Source: Candidatus Saccharimonadota bacterium (GTDB lineage: Bacteria; Bacteroidota; Bacteroidia; Cytophagales; Amoebophilaceae). Taken from it: a stretch of 32,000 nucleotides of DNA. Under the pieces are notes generated by a model. It worked only from the letters and a program-made list of their open reading frames with translations, did not search any database and was not told where the DNA came from. Positions within the stretch are counted from its first letter, which is position 1. Each line of letters starts with the position of its first letter. A program made the translations under genes and the position numbers. Positions 16,373 to 25,719 of this stretch are shown piece by piece. Where the stretch lies: assembly GCF_003351905.1 (NCBI RefSeq), contig NZ_CP022339.1, positions 1,050,001 to 1,082,000 of the forward strand, written 5' to 3'.

Positions 16373-18775
16373 TTAGCCTTTTTGCTGCAATCTCTCTAAG
16401 ATTTCATTTAAACCAGCTTCATCTGACACCAATACATCTCTTGCTTTACTTCCTTCAAAGGGCCCTACAATGCCTGCTGCTTCCAATTGATCTATAAGCC
16501 TACCAGAACGGTTATAGCCCAGCTTCAGTTTGCGTTGAATCAGGGAAGTACTGCCTTGTTGATGCAATACAATCAGTCTTGCTGCTTCTTCAAATAAGGG
16601 ATCGGTTGATTGCAGATCTACTGTTGTGCTCTCCTCTTTGTCTTCCTCATCATAAGTAGGTAATAGGTAGGCAGATGGGTAGCCTTGTTGTGCCCCAATA
16701 TAGCTACAGACCCGTTCCACTTCTGCAGTATCTAAAAAGGGCGTTTGTAACCGAATGATATCAGAGTTCATAGAGAGCAACATATCCCCATTACCGACCA
16801 ATTGCTCCGCACCACTGGCATCTAAAATTGTTCTAGAATCAATGCGTGAACTTACTTTGTAGGAGATTCTAACCGGAAAGTTGGCCTTGATAATCCCTGT
16901 AATCACATTTACAGAAGGCCGCTGTGTAGCCAATACGAGATGGATGCCAATGGCACGTGCCAATTGGGCCAGTCGTGCAATGGGTACTTCTATTTCCTTG
17001 CCTGCTGTCATCATCATATCGGCAAATTCATCTATCACCAATACAATATAGGGTAAAAACCGATGACCTTCTTGAGGATTCAATATTCTTTTTATAAACT
17101 TCTCATTGTATTCTTTAATATTTCGCGTACCGGCTTCCTTTAATAATTCGTAGCGGTGGTCCATTTCAATGCATAGGGAGTTCAGGGTATGGATGACTTT
17201 TTTGGTTTCTGTAATAATGGGTTCTTCGCTGATGGGTAGCTTCGCTAGAAAGTGACGTTCTAATCTATTGTATAATGAAAGTTCTACCTTTTTAGGATCT
17301 ACCAATACCAGTTTTAATTGGGAAGGATGCTTTTTATAAATCAAAGAGGTCAGAAGCACATTGAGCCCTACCGATTTGCCTTGCCCGGTAGCACCTGCAA
17401 TGAGTAGATGCGGCATGCGGCCTAGATCTGCGATAAACAACTCGTTTGAGATGCTTTTACCCAATACAATAGGTAAATCCATCTTTCCTTTTAAAAACTT
17501 TTCAGAGGCGAGTACCTCCTGAAGCGGTACGACCTCTCTATTTTTATTGGGTACTTCAATGCCAATCGTCCCTTTGCCTGGTATGGGCGCAATGATGCGG
17601 ATGCCTAGTGCTGCCAGGTTTAGGGCAATGTCATCTTCTAGGTTTTTGATCTTAGAAATTTTTACGCCTGCTTCGGGTACGATTTCATAGAGGGTAACCG
17701 TAGGGCCAATTGTAGCTTTGATCTTGGCTATATTGATTTTAAAGTTTTGTAAGGTTTGTACAATATTGTTTTTATTGATTGCCAATTCCTCCTGTGTGAC
17801 TGATAGCTGTGCTTGATCATACCGTTCCAATAGGTCTAAAGCGGGATATTTGTAGGTAGATAGGTCTAAAGTTGGGTCGTAGTTTTCGCTTCGAATAGGA
17901 TGTAAAGGCATGGGCTTGGGAGGTGCAGGGGGGGCTGCTGGGGGCAAATTTTGGACCTGGGGAGCCACTACTTCAAAGTCTACATTGTTTGTAGCTGCTA
18001 TAGCAGGTGGTGTGTGGGTATGATGGACATCTGTGGTGGTTGCGTTATGATTCGTTTTTTTTTTACTAGACACTTCCCCACTTTCTGCGTCCAATGGTTC
18101 CCTAGCCATTTCCTGATCAACCCAGCATGCCGCATCTTTTTTTACCTGTTTGCCTGCAAATAGGCGTATGGTCGGTAAAGAGGTAATATTAAAACATACG
18201 ACTGCAAAGATGATCAAAGTAGTACAAAGCAAGATAAATGTACCATAACCCAATAATGCTTTAAACAAGGTACCAAGCGCATAGCCAACGCCTCCCAGCT
18301 GGTTGGTCAGCAGCGTAGCGGTCGGGTAGAGGGTGGCTAGATAGCCCAGTAAAACATTAGACCATAATACAAGAAAAATGGAGGCCATCATCACTTTTAA
18401 TAGGGAAAGGTTCGGCCAAATTTTTTGTGTAACCATTTTGAGACCGATTAAAAATAGGCCAGGTAAAAAGATAAAAGCAGTAATGCCCCACCACATATGT
18501 ACACAATAATAGCTTACAAAAGCGCCTGTAAAACCCAACCAGTTGCAGATGGCCATACCAGATGCTTTGATCCCTAATGTGCGTGCAGCTTCAATAATGG
18601 CCTGATCTTTATGGCTATGCATAAGATGGGAGCAGAAGGCACATGCTAGAAAAATACTGATCCCCTGTAGCAAAAATCCAATGGTTATTTTGGTACGTTG
18701 ATCCAATATCAATGGGTTAGGTGCCACTGTTTTTTTAGGCGTATCTGGCTGAGCTTTATAATTATTTGGGGCCAT
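16373..18775 (-). CDS. ftsK: DNA translocase FtsK/SpoIIIE
   Basis: The protein has N-terminal multi-TM segments and a Pro-rich linker (PPAAPPAPPKP). The motor domain has Walker A GATGQGKS and Walker B LVIDEFADMMM. The C-terminal gamma winged helix reads STSLIQRKLKLGYNRSGRLIDQLEAAGIVGP. Confidence 0.95.
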   Translation of the reverse strand: MAPNNYKAQPDTPKKTVAPNPLILDQRTKITIGFLLQGISIFLACAFCSHLMHSHKDQAIIEAARTLGIKASGMAICNWLGFTGAFVSYYCVHMWWGITAFIFLPGLFLIGLKMVTQKIWPNLSLLKVMMASIFLVLWSNVLLGYLATLYPTATLLTNQLGGVGYALGTLFKALLGYGTFILLCTTLIIFAVVCFNITSLPTIRLFAGKQVKKDAACWVDQEMAREPLDAESGEVSSKKKTNHNATTTDVHHTHTPPAIAATNNVDFEVVAPQVQNLPPAAPPAPPKPMPLHPIRSENYDPTLDLSTYKYPALDLLERYDQAQLSVTQEELAINKNNIVQTLQNFKINIAKIKATIGPTVTLYEIVPEAGVKISKIKNLEDDIALNLAALGIRIIAPIPGKGTIGIEVPNKNREVVPLQEVLASEKFLKGKMDLPIVLGKSISNELFIADLGRMPHLLIAGATGQGKSVGLNVLLTSLIYKKHPSQLKLVLVDPKKVELSLYNRLERHFLAKLPISEEPIITETKKVIHTLNSLCIEMDHRYELLKEAGTRNIKEYNEKFIKRILNPQEGHRFLPYIVLVIDEFADMMMTAGKEIEVPIARLAQLARAIGIHLVLATQRPSVNVITGIIKANFPVRISYKVSSRIDSRTILDASGAEQLVGNGDMLLSMNSDIIRLQTPFLDTAEVERVCSYIGAQQGYPSAYLLPTYDEEDKEESTTVDLQSTDPLFEEAARLIVLHQQGSTSLIQRKLKLGYNRSGRLIDQLEAAGIVGPFEGSKARDVLVSDEAGLNEILERLQQKG

Positions 18776-18832
18776 TGCATCAATATAAAAAAGATAAAGA
18801 ATGTCAAGTAGATGCGGTTAAGCAAGCTAAAT

Positions 18833-19135
18833 TTAAGCAAATCCCAATTCTAATTTAGCTGCTTGAGACATTCGGTCTATCGTATAAGGTGGTTCAAAGG
18901 TAATATGCACGTTTACTTCATTCACCTCTTCTATAGCTTTCACTTTTTCTTCTACTTGGCTAGGTATAACGTCTGCTGCTGGGCAATTAGGGGAAGTAAG
19001 CGTCATTAAGATTTCAATATTATTGAGTGGTAAAATGGTAATGTCATAGATAAGCCCTAGTTCATAGATATCTACCGGTATTTCTGGGTCATAAACTTGC
19101 TTAATGGCTTCTATGACCTGTTCTTTTTGAATCAT
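18833..19135 (-). CDS. DUF59 (MIP18/SufT-like) Fe-S cluster assembly protein
   Basis: Motifs are VYDPEIPVDIYELGLIYDI and LTSPNCPAAD. The start is placed at the internal ATG 19135 (MIQKEQV...), giving ~100 aa. The longest ORF reaches 19192. Confidence 0.85.
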   Translation of the reverse strand: MIQKEQVIEAIKQVYDPEIPVDIYELGLIYDITILPLNNIEILMTLTSPNCPAADVIPSQVEEKVKAIEEVNEVNVHITFEPPYTIDRMSQAAKLELGFA

Positions 19136-19491
19136 AGTTGGTTGCTTTGAGTGGTGAATTGGTTGCAATATAACCAAAAATAAACCTATCAACTTAAGGT
19201 CATTGCAATAAGGAACAAAAAAATGGCCTATGCGAGTTTTAAATGGGTTTGCTTGCTCCCATTAAGTTATCGTCTGAACAGATAAGTTGCTTTAACTAAA
19301 ACATTCTTTAATCTAAACGGCTTATAGCAATCATTAGCTATTGCTTTTTTATAAACAATAAGCTAATATATAAAATTGATAATATTTTAAAATTATGGTT
19401 TAAGTTTCTGTTAAATGGGAACAGATTTTAGTTTCTATGCTCTATACTTATTAGCATAATAGCAATAGAGCGCAGCCATTATAACTTAATA

Positions 19492-20334
19492 ATGATTACG
19501 ATTATGGTAAAATTCAATTATACAATAACAGCGCAGCAAGGCAAGAGAAAATGCCCTATTAAACAGATAATCACCATGTTGTGTGGTAGTCTTATACTAT
19601 TGATAACAATAGGTTGTCATAGCCTCAACAAGGGATATGGCGCTGGCACATGTTTTGTATTCGGATCCAGAGATATATTAAATTATATATCTGTAAGAAA
19701 GAAGATGTTCAACCCTATACTACAGCTATCGGTTGTTACCTTAGAACGGATATTCAAACAAAAACAAGAACAAGCAATCAAACGAATGATCAAACGAAGA
19801 ATCAAACTAGAAATCGAACAAAACATCAAACAAAAGCTCAAATAAAAAATCAAACAGATATTCCCTTTTTCTAGGAGCAATAGATATGGTATAACGTTAA
19901 AAAATTGTCATAGCAAGATAGGAAAACGATTACTCAAGAATGGTGCAAACAGTAATGACTTATTTTACGAGGTAATAGATAAGATAGCTTCTGGATATGG
20001 TCCTAAAGGTTATGACTTTAAGCCTAAGTGGAGCGAGTGTAAAAATAAAAAGGCTCGGTGCTATAGTAGTACTGATATGCTTCATATACTAGACTATTTA
20101 TTAAAAAATAACTTAGTAGATCCGGACCGCCATGATAAGAATGGGGAGCTACCACTTGCAAAATTAATCTCTAATGCGTTCTTCTACGCTATGCAGGGCA
20201 ATTATAGTAATGACTACTTTTTAAATGGAGCTGATTGCTGTCTAGATGCTTTTTTCTTGCTTGTACACTATGGTGCAAATGCTAAGTTACAGTCTGGAGA
20301 AATTAAGAAATCACTAATGAATACAGTTAAATAG
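19492..20334 (+). pseudogene. Ankyrin-like protein gene interrupted by one in-frame TAA (19843-19845)
   Basis: Frame 1 is open from 19492 to 20334 except for a single TAA. The 5' part has a lipoprotein-like signal (LLITIGCHS) and an I/K/Q-rich repeat. The 3' part has ANK-like strings: RLLKNGANSN, DKNGELPLAKL and LLVHYGANAKL. Confidence 0.6.
19776..19859 (+). repeat. Seven tandem 12-nt units (consensus ATCAAACNANNA), in frame within the ORF above
   Basis: The units are ATCAAACGAATG, ATCAAACGAAGA, ATCAAACTAGAA, ATCGAACAAAAC, ATCAAACAAAAG, CTCAAATAAAAA and ATCAAACAGATA. The interrupting TAA is in unit 6, at the position where other units have CAA, CGA, CTA or CAG. Confidence 0.85.
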
Positions 20335-20377
20335 CATTCCTTTAATGCTATGGTGCAGGTTCTACGCTCAAGGATGA

Positions 20378-21070
20378 AAAAAGCTATTATCTTGTTATCT
20401 TACCCTAGATCCTAATGGATTTAAAGAGGACATACGAGAAGATAAAAACGCAACGGACTACTATTTAAAGTTTCCCAATGAAGAGGTAAGATCTGCTTTA
20501 AAGTCAACCTTAATTAAGATTATGGACGAAGTCCAGGAGGAAACAGGTAAACAATATAGCACTTCGATTCTTAATACTTTAAGAAATAAAAAGTGGTCTG
20601 TCTTTCTTAACTATATTCGAAGTGATTGCTTAGCTAAAGCAGGCTATCGTTTTCTAGATAAAACAGAGAGGAGTTTTCAAAGGGCTTTATATTTATTTCT
20701 AAATGGTGTTTTTCATGCAACGCATGATATGCAGACTAGTGCTGAATCCGACAGTGGCATAGGCCGCACAGATATCGTTATGGAGGACCATAGAAACGAC
20801 CAAAGAGCTGTCTATATCTTTGAGTTAAAAATAGATAGACCAGCGCTGGAGGCTTTAACACAAATACACAGTAAAGATTACAGTATTAAATATGGTTCAT
20901 GTAGTGAAAAAATCCTGATAGGGATAACCTGTGATGCTGCAAAACTTAATATAACAGAGGCAATTGTTCAAGTACATCAAAAAGATGAGCAAGATAATTT
21001 TAGAGAAGTTGTTTATACACACTTTACAGTTGACCAGTCTGGTTATTTTAAAGAGGTAATAAACCAATAG
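20378..21070 (+). pseudogene. C-terminal fragment of a PD-(D/E)XK nuclease-domain protein (DUF1703/PDDEXK_9-like). The N-terminal AAA-ATPase-like part is absent.
   Basis: SGIGRTDIVMED...AVYIFELKIDRPALEALTQIHSKDYSIKY matches the GR.D..-IiEfK-...AL.QI..K.Y pattern of this family. Upstream in frame (open from 20378) lies YYLKFPNEEVRSAL. Full-length relatives are ~500 aa or more, as I recall. Confidence 0.6.
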
Positions 21071-21192
21071 CCAATCATATTAAGAACGTCAATTCGGGAT
21101 TAGATCATATTTTTAATATGCTAATCAGCATTAAAATAATTTAATGGATTAACGAGTAAATATGAATAGAAAATATCTAGGAAGTAATTTGG

Positions 21193-22538
21193 GGAAGTGT
21201 TCGATTAACTGTGTCAAGTCTGCAAAAAGTTATAATTTAAATAATTAAACATTTAAGGTTTTAGACATGGAAGAACATATGCAGAATGACTACGTTGGTT
21301 TAGTAGATTACAAATTTCTGGAGGCAAATATTTTGTCCTCTATCCGTTTAGGTAAGCCATTGACAGGCAAAGGTGGGGCATTAACCCCTCTGATAAAAAG
21401 CTTCTAGAGGCGAGTCTAGAAGGTGAGATGGCCCATCATTTGTCTAGTGAGAGGATAGTAAATAATCGAAGGAATGGTAAAAGTTGTAAAACTTTTCGTA
21501 CAAGCTCTGGTTCCTTTGACTTGGTAACCCCTAGAGATAGAACAGGTAGTTTCGATCCACAAATAGTTAAAAAGCGTCAAACAAATCTTCATCCTGAACT
21601 GGAAACCAAGATTTTAAGCATGTTTTCTAGTGGTATGAGCTATAAGTCTATAGCCGCTCATATTGAAGAAATCTATGATCATAAAGTATCAGCTGCTGAA
21701 ATATCGGCTATTACAGATAGCTTATTGCCAGTAATAAATGAATGGCGTAACCGTCCTCTTCAATCGGTCTACCCCATAGTTTTTATGGATGGTATGTTTT
21801 TTAAGGTTAAAGAAGATGGGAAATGTGTAAGTAAATGTCTGTATACCTTATTAGGCATAGATCAAGAGGGTAAAAAAGAAGTGTTAGGCTTCTATTTATC
21901 TGAAAGTGAGGGAGCTAATTTCTGGTTAGGTGTACTCAACGAGCTTAAGGCAAGGGGTGTAGAAGATATCCTTATTGCCTGTGTTGATGGACTAAAAAGC
22001 TTCCCTGCAGCCATTAATAACGCTTTTCCCAATGCACAGGTGCAGGTCTGTGTAGTACACCAGATACGCAATTCCATCAAGTATGTAGCTAGCAAAGATG
22101 TAAAACGTTTTTTAACTGATTTAAAGCAAGTATATCAAGCTTCAAATAAGGAAGTTGCAGAACATTATCTATTGGAATTAGAAGAAAAATGGGGAGAAAA
22201 GTATCCAATGGTTATCAAATCTTGGCAAAACAACTGGGAGCATTTGTCTGGTTACTTTAAATATTCAGATCCTGTCAGAAGGCTAATTTATACGACCAAT
22301 CCAATAGAAAGCCTCCATAGACAAATTAGACAGTTTACCAAAACAAAAGGGGCATTTACCAGTGTCAATGCTTTGTATAAATCAGTATATTGCGCTATCA
22401 AGAAGATGGAGGATAAATGGACTATGCCGCTCAGAAACTGGGCACTGACCATATCTCAGATAGACATCTTTTTTCCTGGAAGAGTCAAATCTGAGTTGAC
22501 GTGAAGCCCGAAACTGACACAGTTAATTGAACACTTCC
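21193..22538 (+). mobile_element. IS256-family insertion sequence (~1.35 kb)
   Basis: The left inverted repeat is GGAAGTGTTCGATTAACTGTGTCAAGT (from 21193). The reverse complement of the right inverted repeat is GGAAGTGTTCAATTAACTGTGTCAGT (ending at 22538). The element encloses a mutator/IS256-type transposase. I found no clear target-site duplication. Confidence 0.85.
21267..22504 (+). CDS. IS256-family transposase, interrupted by a -1 frame change in an A5 run (21395-21399). The downstream ORF is 21428..22504.
   Basis: The 5' segment (frame 3) reads MEEHMQNDYVGLVDYKFLEANILSSIRLGKPLTGKGGALTPLIKSF*. Shifting by -1 at AUAAAAAG restores ...TPLIKKLLEASLEGEMAHHLSSE, which is the canonical IS256 N-terminus. 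The downstream part has DGLKSF, VQVCVVHQIRNS and TTNPIESLHRQIR. Confidence 0.85.
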
Positions 22539-22701
22539 TAACCTTAGAGACAATGGTTTTATAGATTAATTTTATCCTTTTTACCATAAATATCTCACTA
22601 TAAGTTTATAAAAATAGATAAAATATTTTCTTTCCCATTGGCTTGTTTTTCAGTTAAAAAAACCTTAAGAAGTAAGGGTATACCATTAAAATACCATTAA
22701 A

Positions 22702-22941
22702 ATGATATTACTGGACATCACGGGCGCCCTTGAAGGTTGGATCACAAGCGGTTACCAGTTGTTAACTTTGGTAGCCAAATTACTAGGCGTAGTAGGCGCG
22801 TTTAGACTAGCCTATCTATACAATGTGGGTAGAGACAGAGGTATGATCTTTCATGAATTGTTACACTGGATAGGTGCCATTGTCTTCTTTTCATCAGTTG
22901 GTCCTTTGTATGATATGATTGCCAATTTTTTTAAACTCTAA
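22702..22941 (+). CDS. traE: TraE-like small membrane protein (DUF4134-like; pilin/VirB2 analogue of Bacteroidetes T4SS)
   Basis: This is a 79-aa protein with two hydrophobic helices (LLTLVAKLLGVVGAFRLAYLY ... WIGAIVFFSSVGPLYDMIANFF). It is the first gene of the tra operon, immediately upstream of the traF-like and traG genes. Confidence 0.55.
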   Translation: MILLDITGALEGWITSGYQLLTLVAKLLGVVGAFRLAYLYNVGRDRGMIFHELLHWIGAIVFFSSVGPLYDMIANFFKL

Positions 22942-22964
22942 ATCAGATAAAAACATAATCTTCC

Positions 22965-23288
22965 ATGCAAAAATTAGTCAATAGCCCCTATTTAAAAGAG
23001 AAAGGCGTTTTAGGTCCGTTTTCTTTACCAGAAGCCTTAGTGGCGCTAGGCATTTGTTGCCTGACCTATATGGTCTCTTGTTACTGTGAAGACTTTTTGC
23101 ACTACAATCGTATGTGGACCATCTCTTTAACAAGCCTAATGATTATTATCTCTTTTTTGATAAAAATATTTCTAAAACATAGTAATCCTACCTGGCTATC
23201 AAGTCTTTTCGCTTATCATTTTTTGCATGTACCGATAGATATTTTTAGGATAAAATTTAAGATCAATGCTTTTCTCAAAAAAAGATAA
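22965..23288 (+). CDS. traF: TraF-like small membrane protein (DUF4133-like; VirB3 analogue)
   Basis: This is a 107-aa two-TM protein lying between traE-like and traG and overlapping the traG start. The assignment rests mainly on position and topology. Confidence 0.45.
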   Translation: MQKLVNSPYLKEKGVLGPFSLPEALVALGICCLTYMVSCYCEDFLHYNRMWTISLTSLMIIISFLIKIFLKHSNPTWLSSLFAYHFLHVPIDIFRIKFKINAFLKKR

Positions 23289-25719
23289 GAAAGAAGACCT
23301 ACATAGAGTCTTACCTTTTGTAGATTTTCACAATGATATGGCCATATCTGCAGATGGGACTATTTCTGTACCCTTTAAAGCTACTTTAGCCTTTCAGGAA
23401 CAGTATACCGAGCAACAGTATATAGATTGGACGCATATGCTATCTAATAGCATGAAAGAATTGCCCTGTAACAGCCTTGTGCAACAAGTAGATATATACT
23501 ACCCAGATCAATGGCATAATCCATCTGTAGATAGTAACGAGCTTGATTTTTTTAAACAAAAACAATTCAGTCATACAGAAGGTTGCCCTATACTCTGCCA
23601 TGAATCCTATATCATACTTTCCTTTCCTGGATTGTATAAGGAATATACACCAATATCTACTTTTTATTCTAGAGATGAGACAAAAAGTTTTATCAAAAAC
23701 CCATTTATTAATTTAGAAAAGCGATTAATAATAGCCAAGAAAGATGCAGCCCAATTTCGTCAAAGTGTATCTACCCATCTTCCCTTAAACACTCTTACGT
23801 CTGGTGAATTTTCCCGTTTGGTACATAGATGTTTATCCTTAAACTTTAAAGATCCTGAAGGTACCTTATATGGTGGTTTATTAAAAGACAAAGCATATCT
23901 ACAGTTGGCTGGTAGAAAAGCGCAAGTAATTTCTTTAATGGAAAGTGCTGCTGAGCCTAGTTATACCGTTCTGGATAGATTTGGCCACAATGGAGGAGTG
24001 TGCGCTCCTTTAACAGAAGGCCTTGGACGAAGCATAAATTTTCCGCATGTTATTTCTAGAGTCATTCGCATGATCGACTCTGAATCTTTCTTAAAAAACC
24101 ATTTCAACGCATTTGCTTGGAGTGAAGCCACTAAACTCGATGAACGTAAGCTACAAAACATCAGACATATACGCAGTGAAATGGCTGATTTCGAACAAAC
24201 ACTTCGCGAGAGAAACGAACCAATTGTTTATTTATCTTTTTTAGTGATACCATTTGGTATGACTGATTTATCAACCCTAAATGAATACAGTTCTCAGGTA
24301 CTAGCTGCTTTTTCTGGGATAGGCATGAGGGGTTACTTAGAAACCATTGATACGGCTAATCTATTTTTTGCCGCTTTACCAGGCAATGGCAATCAGGTAT
24401 ATAGGCGTCTACCGATTCCCCTACTAACAGCGGTGGCCCATATGAATAGTACCACTCCCTTCACAGGTTATCAAGAAGGTGTGTTTCTAGCGAATAGATA
24501 TAGAGAACCGATCTATTTGAACCCATTTAATACCGATTTAGACAACCAAAATGCCTTTATTTTCGGCCCTTCTGGATCTGGTAAATCCTTCTTTAATGGC
24601 AAAATGATTAAAGATCGATTTCAAGCAGGCCATATAGTGATTGTCATTGACAGTGGTGGCACCTATCGCCATTTGTTCAGTGCGCTAGGAGGCAAATATA
24701 TTGAACTCAGTTCAGAAAAATCTTTAGGCTTAAATCCTTTTTTATTCCCAGCTGATGAATCAGGCAGATACCTGCCAGATAGTAGTAAAATTATATTTCT
24801 AGTTCAACTGATTGGCAAAATGTGGAAGGGAGATTTGAATGAAAATCCCATGAGTGAAGTAGAAAAATCTTTACTCTCTCAGTGGATTAGTGATTATTAT
24901 AGAGATTTACCAAAAGCGGTCATCCCTACTTTAACGGGCTTTTATGACTATTTACAAACATTGGTAGCAGCTAATGGACAAGCTATTCTTGATCTTAAAA
25001 AGGAACAGTTGTTCCCTTTTCAAGAATTTTTTATTGTGTTAAAGCCATTTGCGAATGGTATCTACAAAAATCATTTTAATGCTTTAGAGCAAGACTATCT
25101 ATTAGACCATAGGTTGGTCTGTTTTGAGTTAGAAGCCATTAAACAGAATAGCAAACTTTATCCATTGGTAGTACAAATTCTATTTGAATTTGCTTTTGAG
25201 ATGGTATCTAAACATCCAGATGCCATCAAGTTTATAGATATAGAAGAAGGTTGGACCACCTTAGATGATGCCTCTAGAGAGCATATAGAAGCTTTTTACC
25301 GAAAAGGCAGAAAAACCAAAACCTCTATTCGAATCATCACCCAAGACATCGGGGAAATCAAATCATCTAAGATCGCTAGTGCCATTAAAAACAATGCAGC
25401 TACCTTTATCCTGTTATACAATGAAAAATCCTCCAGCAGAGAAGAAATAGGTACTTTCTTAGGTATGAATGCGTTAGACATGCAAAAGTATGCCAGTCTG
25501 CGTCGTAAAAACGGTCCAGGTGGTTTTAGGGAAATCTTTATTAAAGAGATGAGCCAGAGTCACGTGTGGCTATTAGAACCCTCTCTTTGGGAACATGCCA
25601 TGTTTACTTCTCATCCATCAGAAAGAAACCAAATCGCTTCATTTACTAAAAAACATGGAAATATAGAAGATGGCATTGCAGAATGGGTATACCATACGAA
25701 ACAAAAATATTATGTCTAG
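23266..25719 (+). CDS. traG: Conjugative-transposon TraG ATPase (VirB4 family)
   Basis: The 817-aa product has Walker A FIFGPSGSGKSFFNGK and a Walker B-like FIDIEEGWTTLD. The N-terminus has the typical LPFVDFHNDMAISADGTISVPFKATL layout of Bacteroidetes TraG. Confidence 0.92.
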   Translation: MLFSKKDKKEDLHRVLPFVDFHNDMAISADGTISVPFKATLAFQEQYTEQQYIDWTHMLSNSMKELPCNSLVQQVDIYYPDQWHNPSVDSNELDFFKQKQFSHTEGCPILCHESYIILSFPGLYKEYTPISTFYSRDETKSFIKNPFINLEKRLIIAKKDAAQFRQSVSTHLPLNTLTSGEFSRLVHRCLSLNFKDPEGTLYGGLLKDKAYLQLAGRKAQVISLMESAAEPSYTVLDRFGHNGGVCAPLTEGLGRSINFPHVISRVIRMIDSESFLKNHFNAFAWSEATKLDERKLQNIRHIRSEMADFEQTLRERNEPIVYLSFLVIPFGMTDLSTLNEYSSQVLAAFSGIGMRGYLETIDTANLFFAALPGNGNQVYRRLPIPLLTAVAHMNSTTPFTGYQEGVFLANRYREPIYLNPFNTDLDNQNAFIFGPSGSGKSFFNGKMIKDRFQAGHIVIVIDSGGTYRHLFSALGGKYIELSSEKSLGLNPFLFPADESGRYLPDSSKIIFLVQLIGKMWKGDLNENPMSEVEKSLLSQWISDYYRDLPKAVIPTLTGFYDYLQTLVAANGQAILDLKKEQLFPFQEFFIVLKPFANGIYKNHFNALEQDYLLDHRLVCFELEAIKQNSKLYPLVVQILFEFAFEMVSKHPDAIKFIDIEEGWTTLDDASREHIEAFYRKGRKTKTSIRIITQDIGEIKSSKIASAIKNNAATFILLYNEKSSSREEIGTFLGMNALDMQKYASLRRKNGPGGFREIFIKEMSQSHVWLLEPSLWEHAMFTSHPSERNQIASFTKKHGNIEDGIAEWVYHTKQKYYV

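Noticed and set aside
16264-16497. ORF 16264..16497 (+)
   Set aside because: It starts inside the half MITE and runs antisense into the 3' end of ftsK, so it is an artefact.
17951-18163. Plus-strand ORF within ftsK
   Set aside because: It is antisense to the ftsK linker region, so it is a shadow ORF.
19650-19880. ORFs 19650..19874 (+) and 19683..19880 (-)
   Set aside because: They are alternative-frame or antisense readings of the 12-nt tandem repeat, which is low-complexity and therefore produces open frames in several phases.
21892-22095. Minus-strand ORF within the IS256 transposase
   Set aside because: It is a shadow ORF antisense to the transposase gene.
21185-22546. Target-site duplication flanking the IS256-family element
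   Set aside because: The 8-9 nt outside the inverted repeats (TAATTTGG versus TAACCTTA) do not match, so no duplication is claimed. The flanks may have been rearranged.
23961-25481. Minus-strand ORFs 23961..24161 and 25296..25481
   Set aside because: They are antisense to traG and have no motifs.
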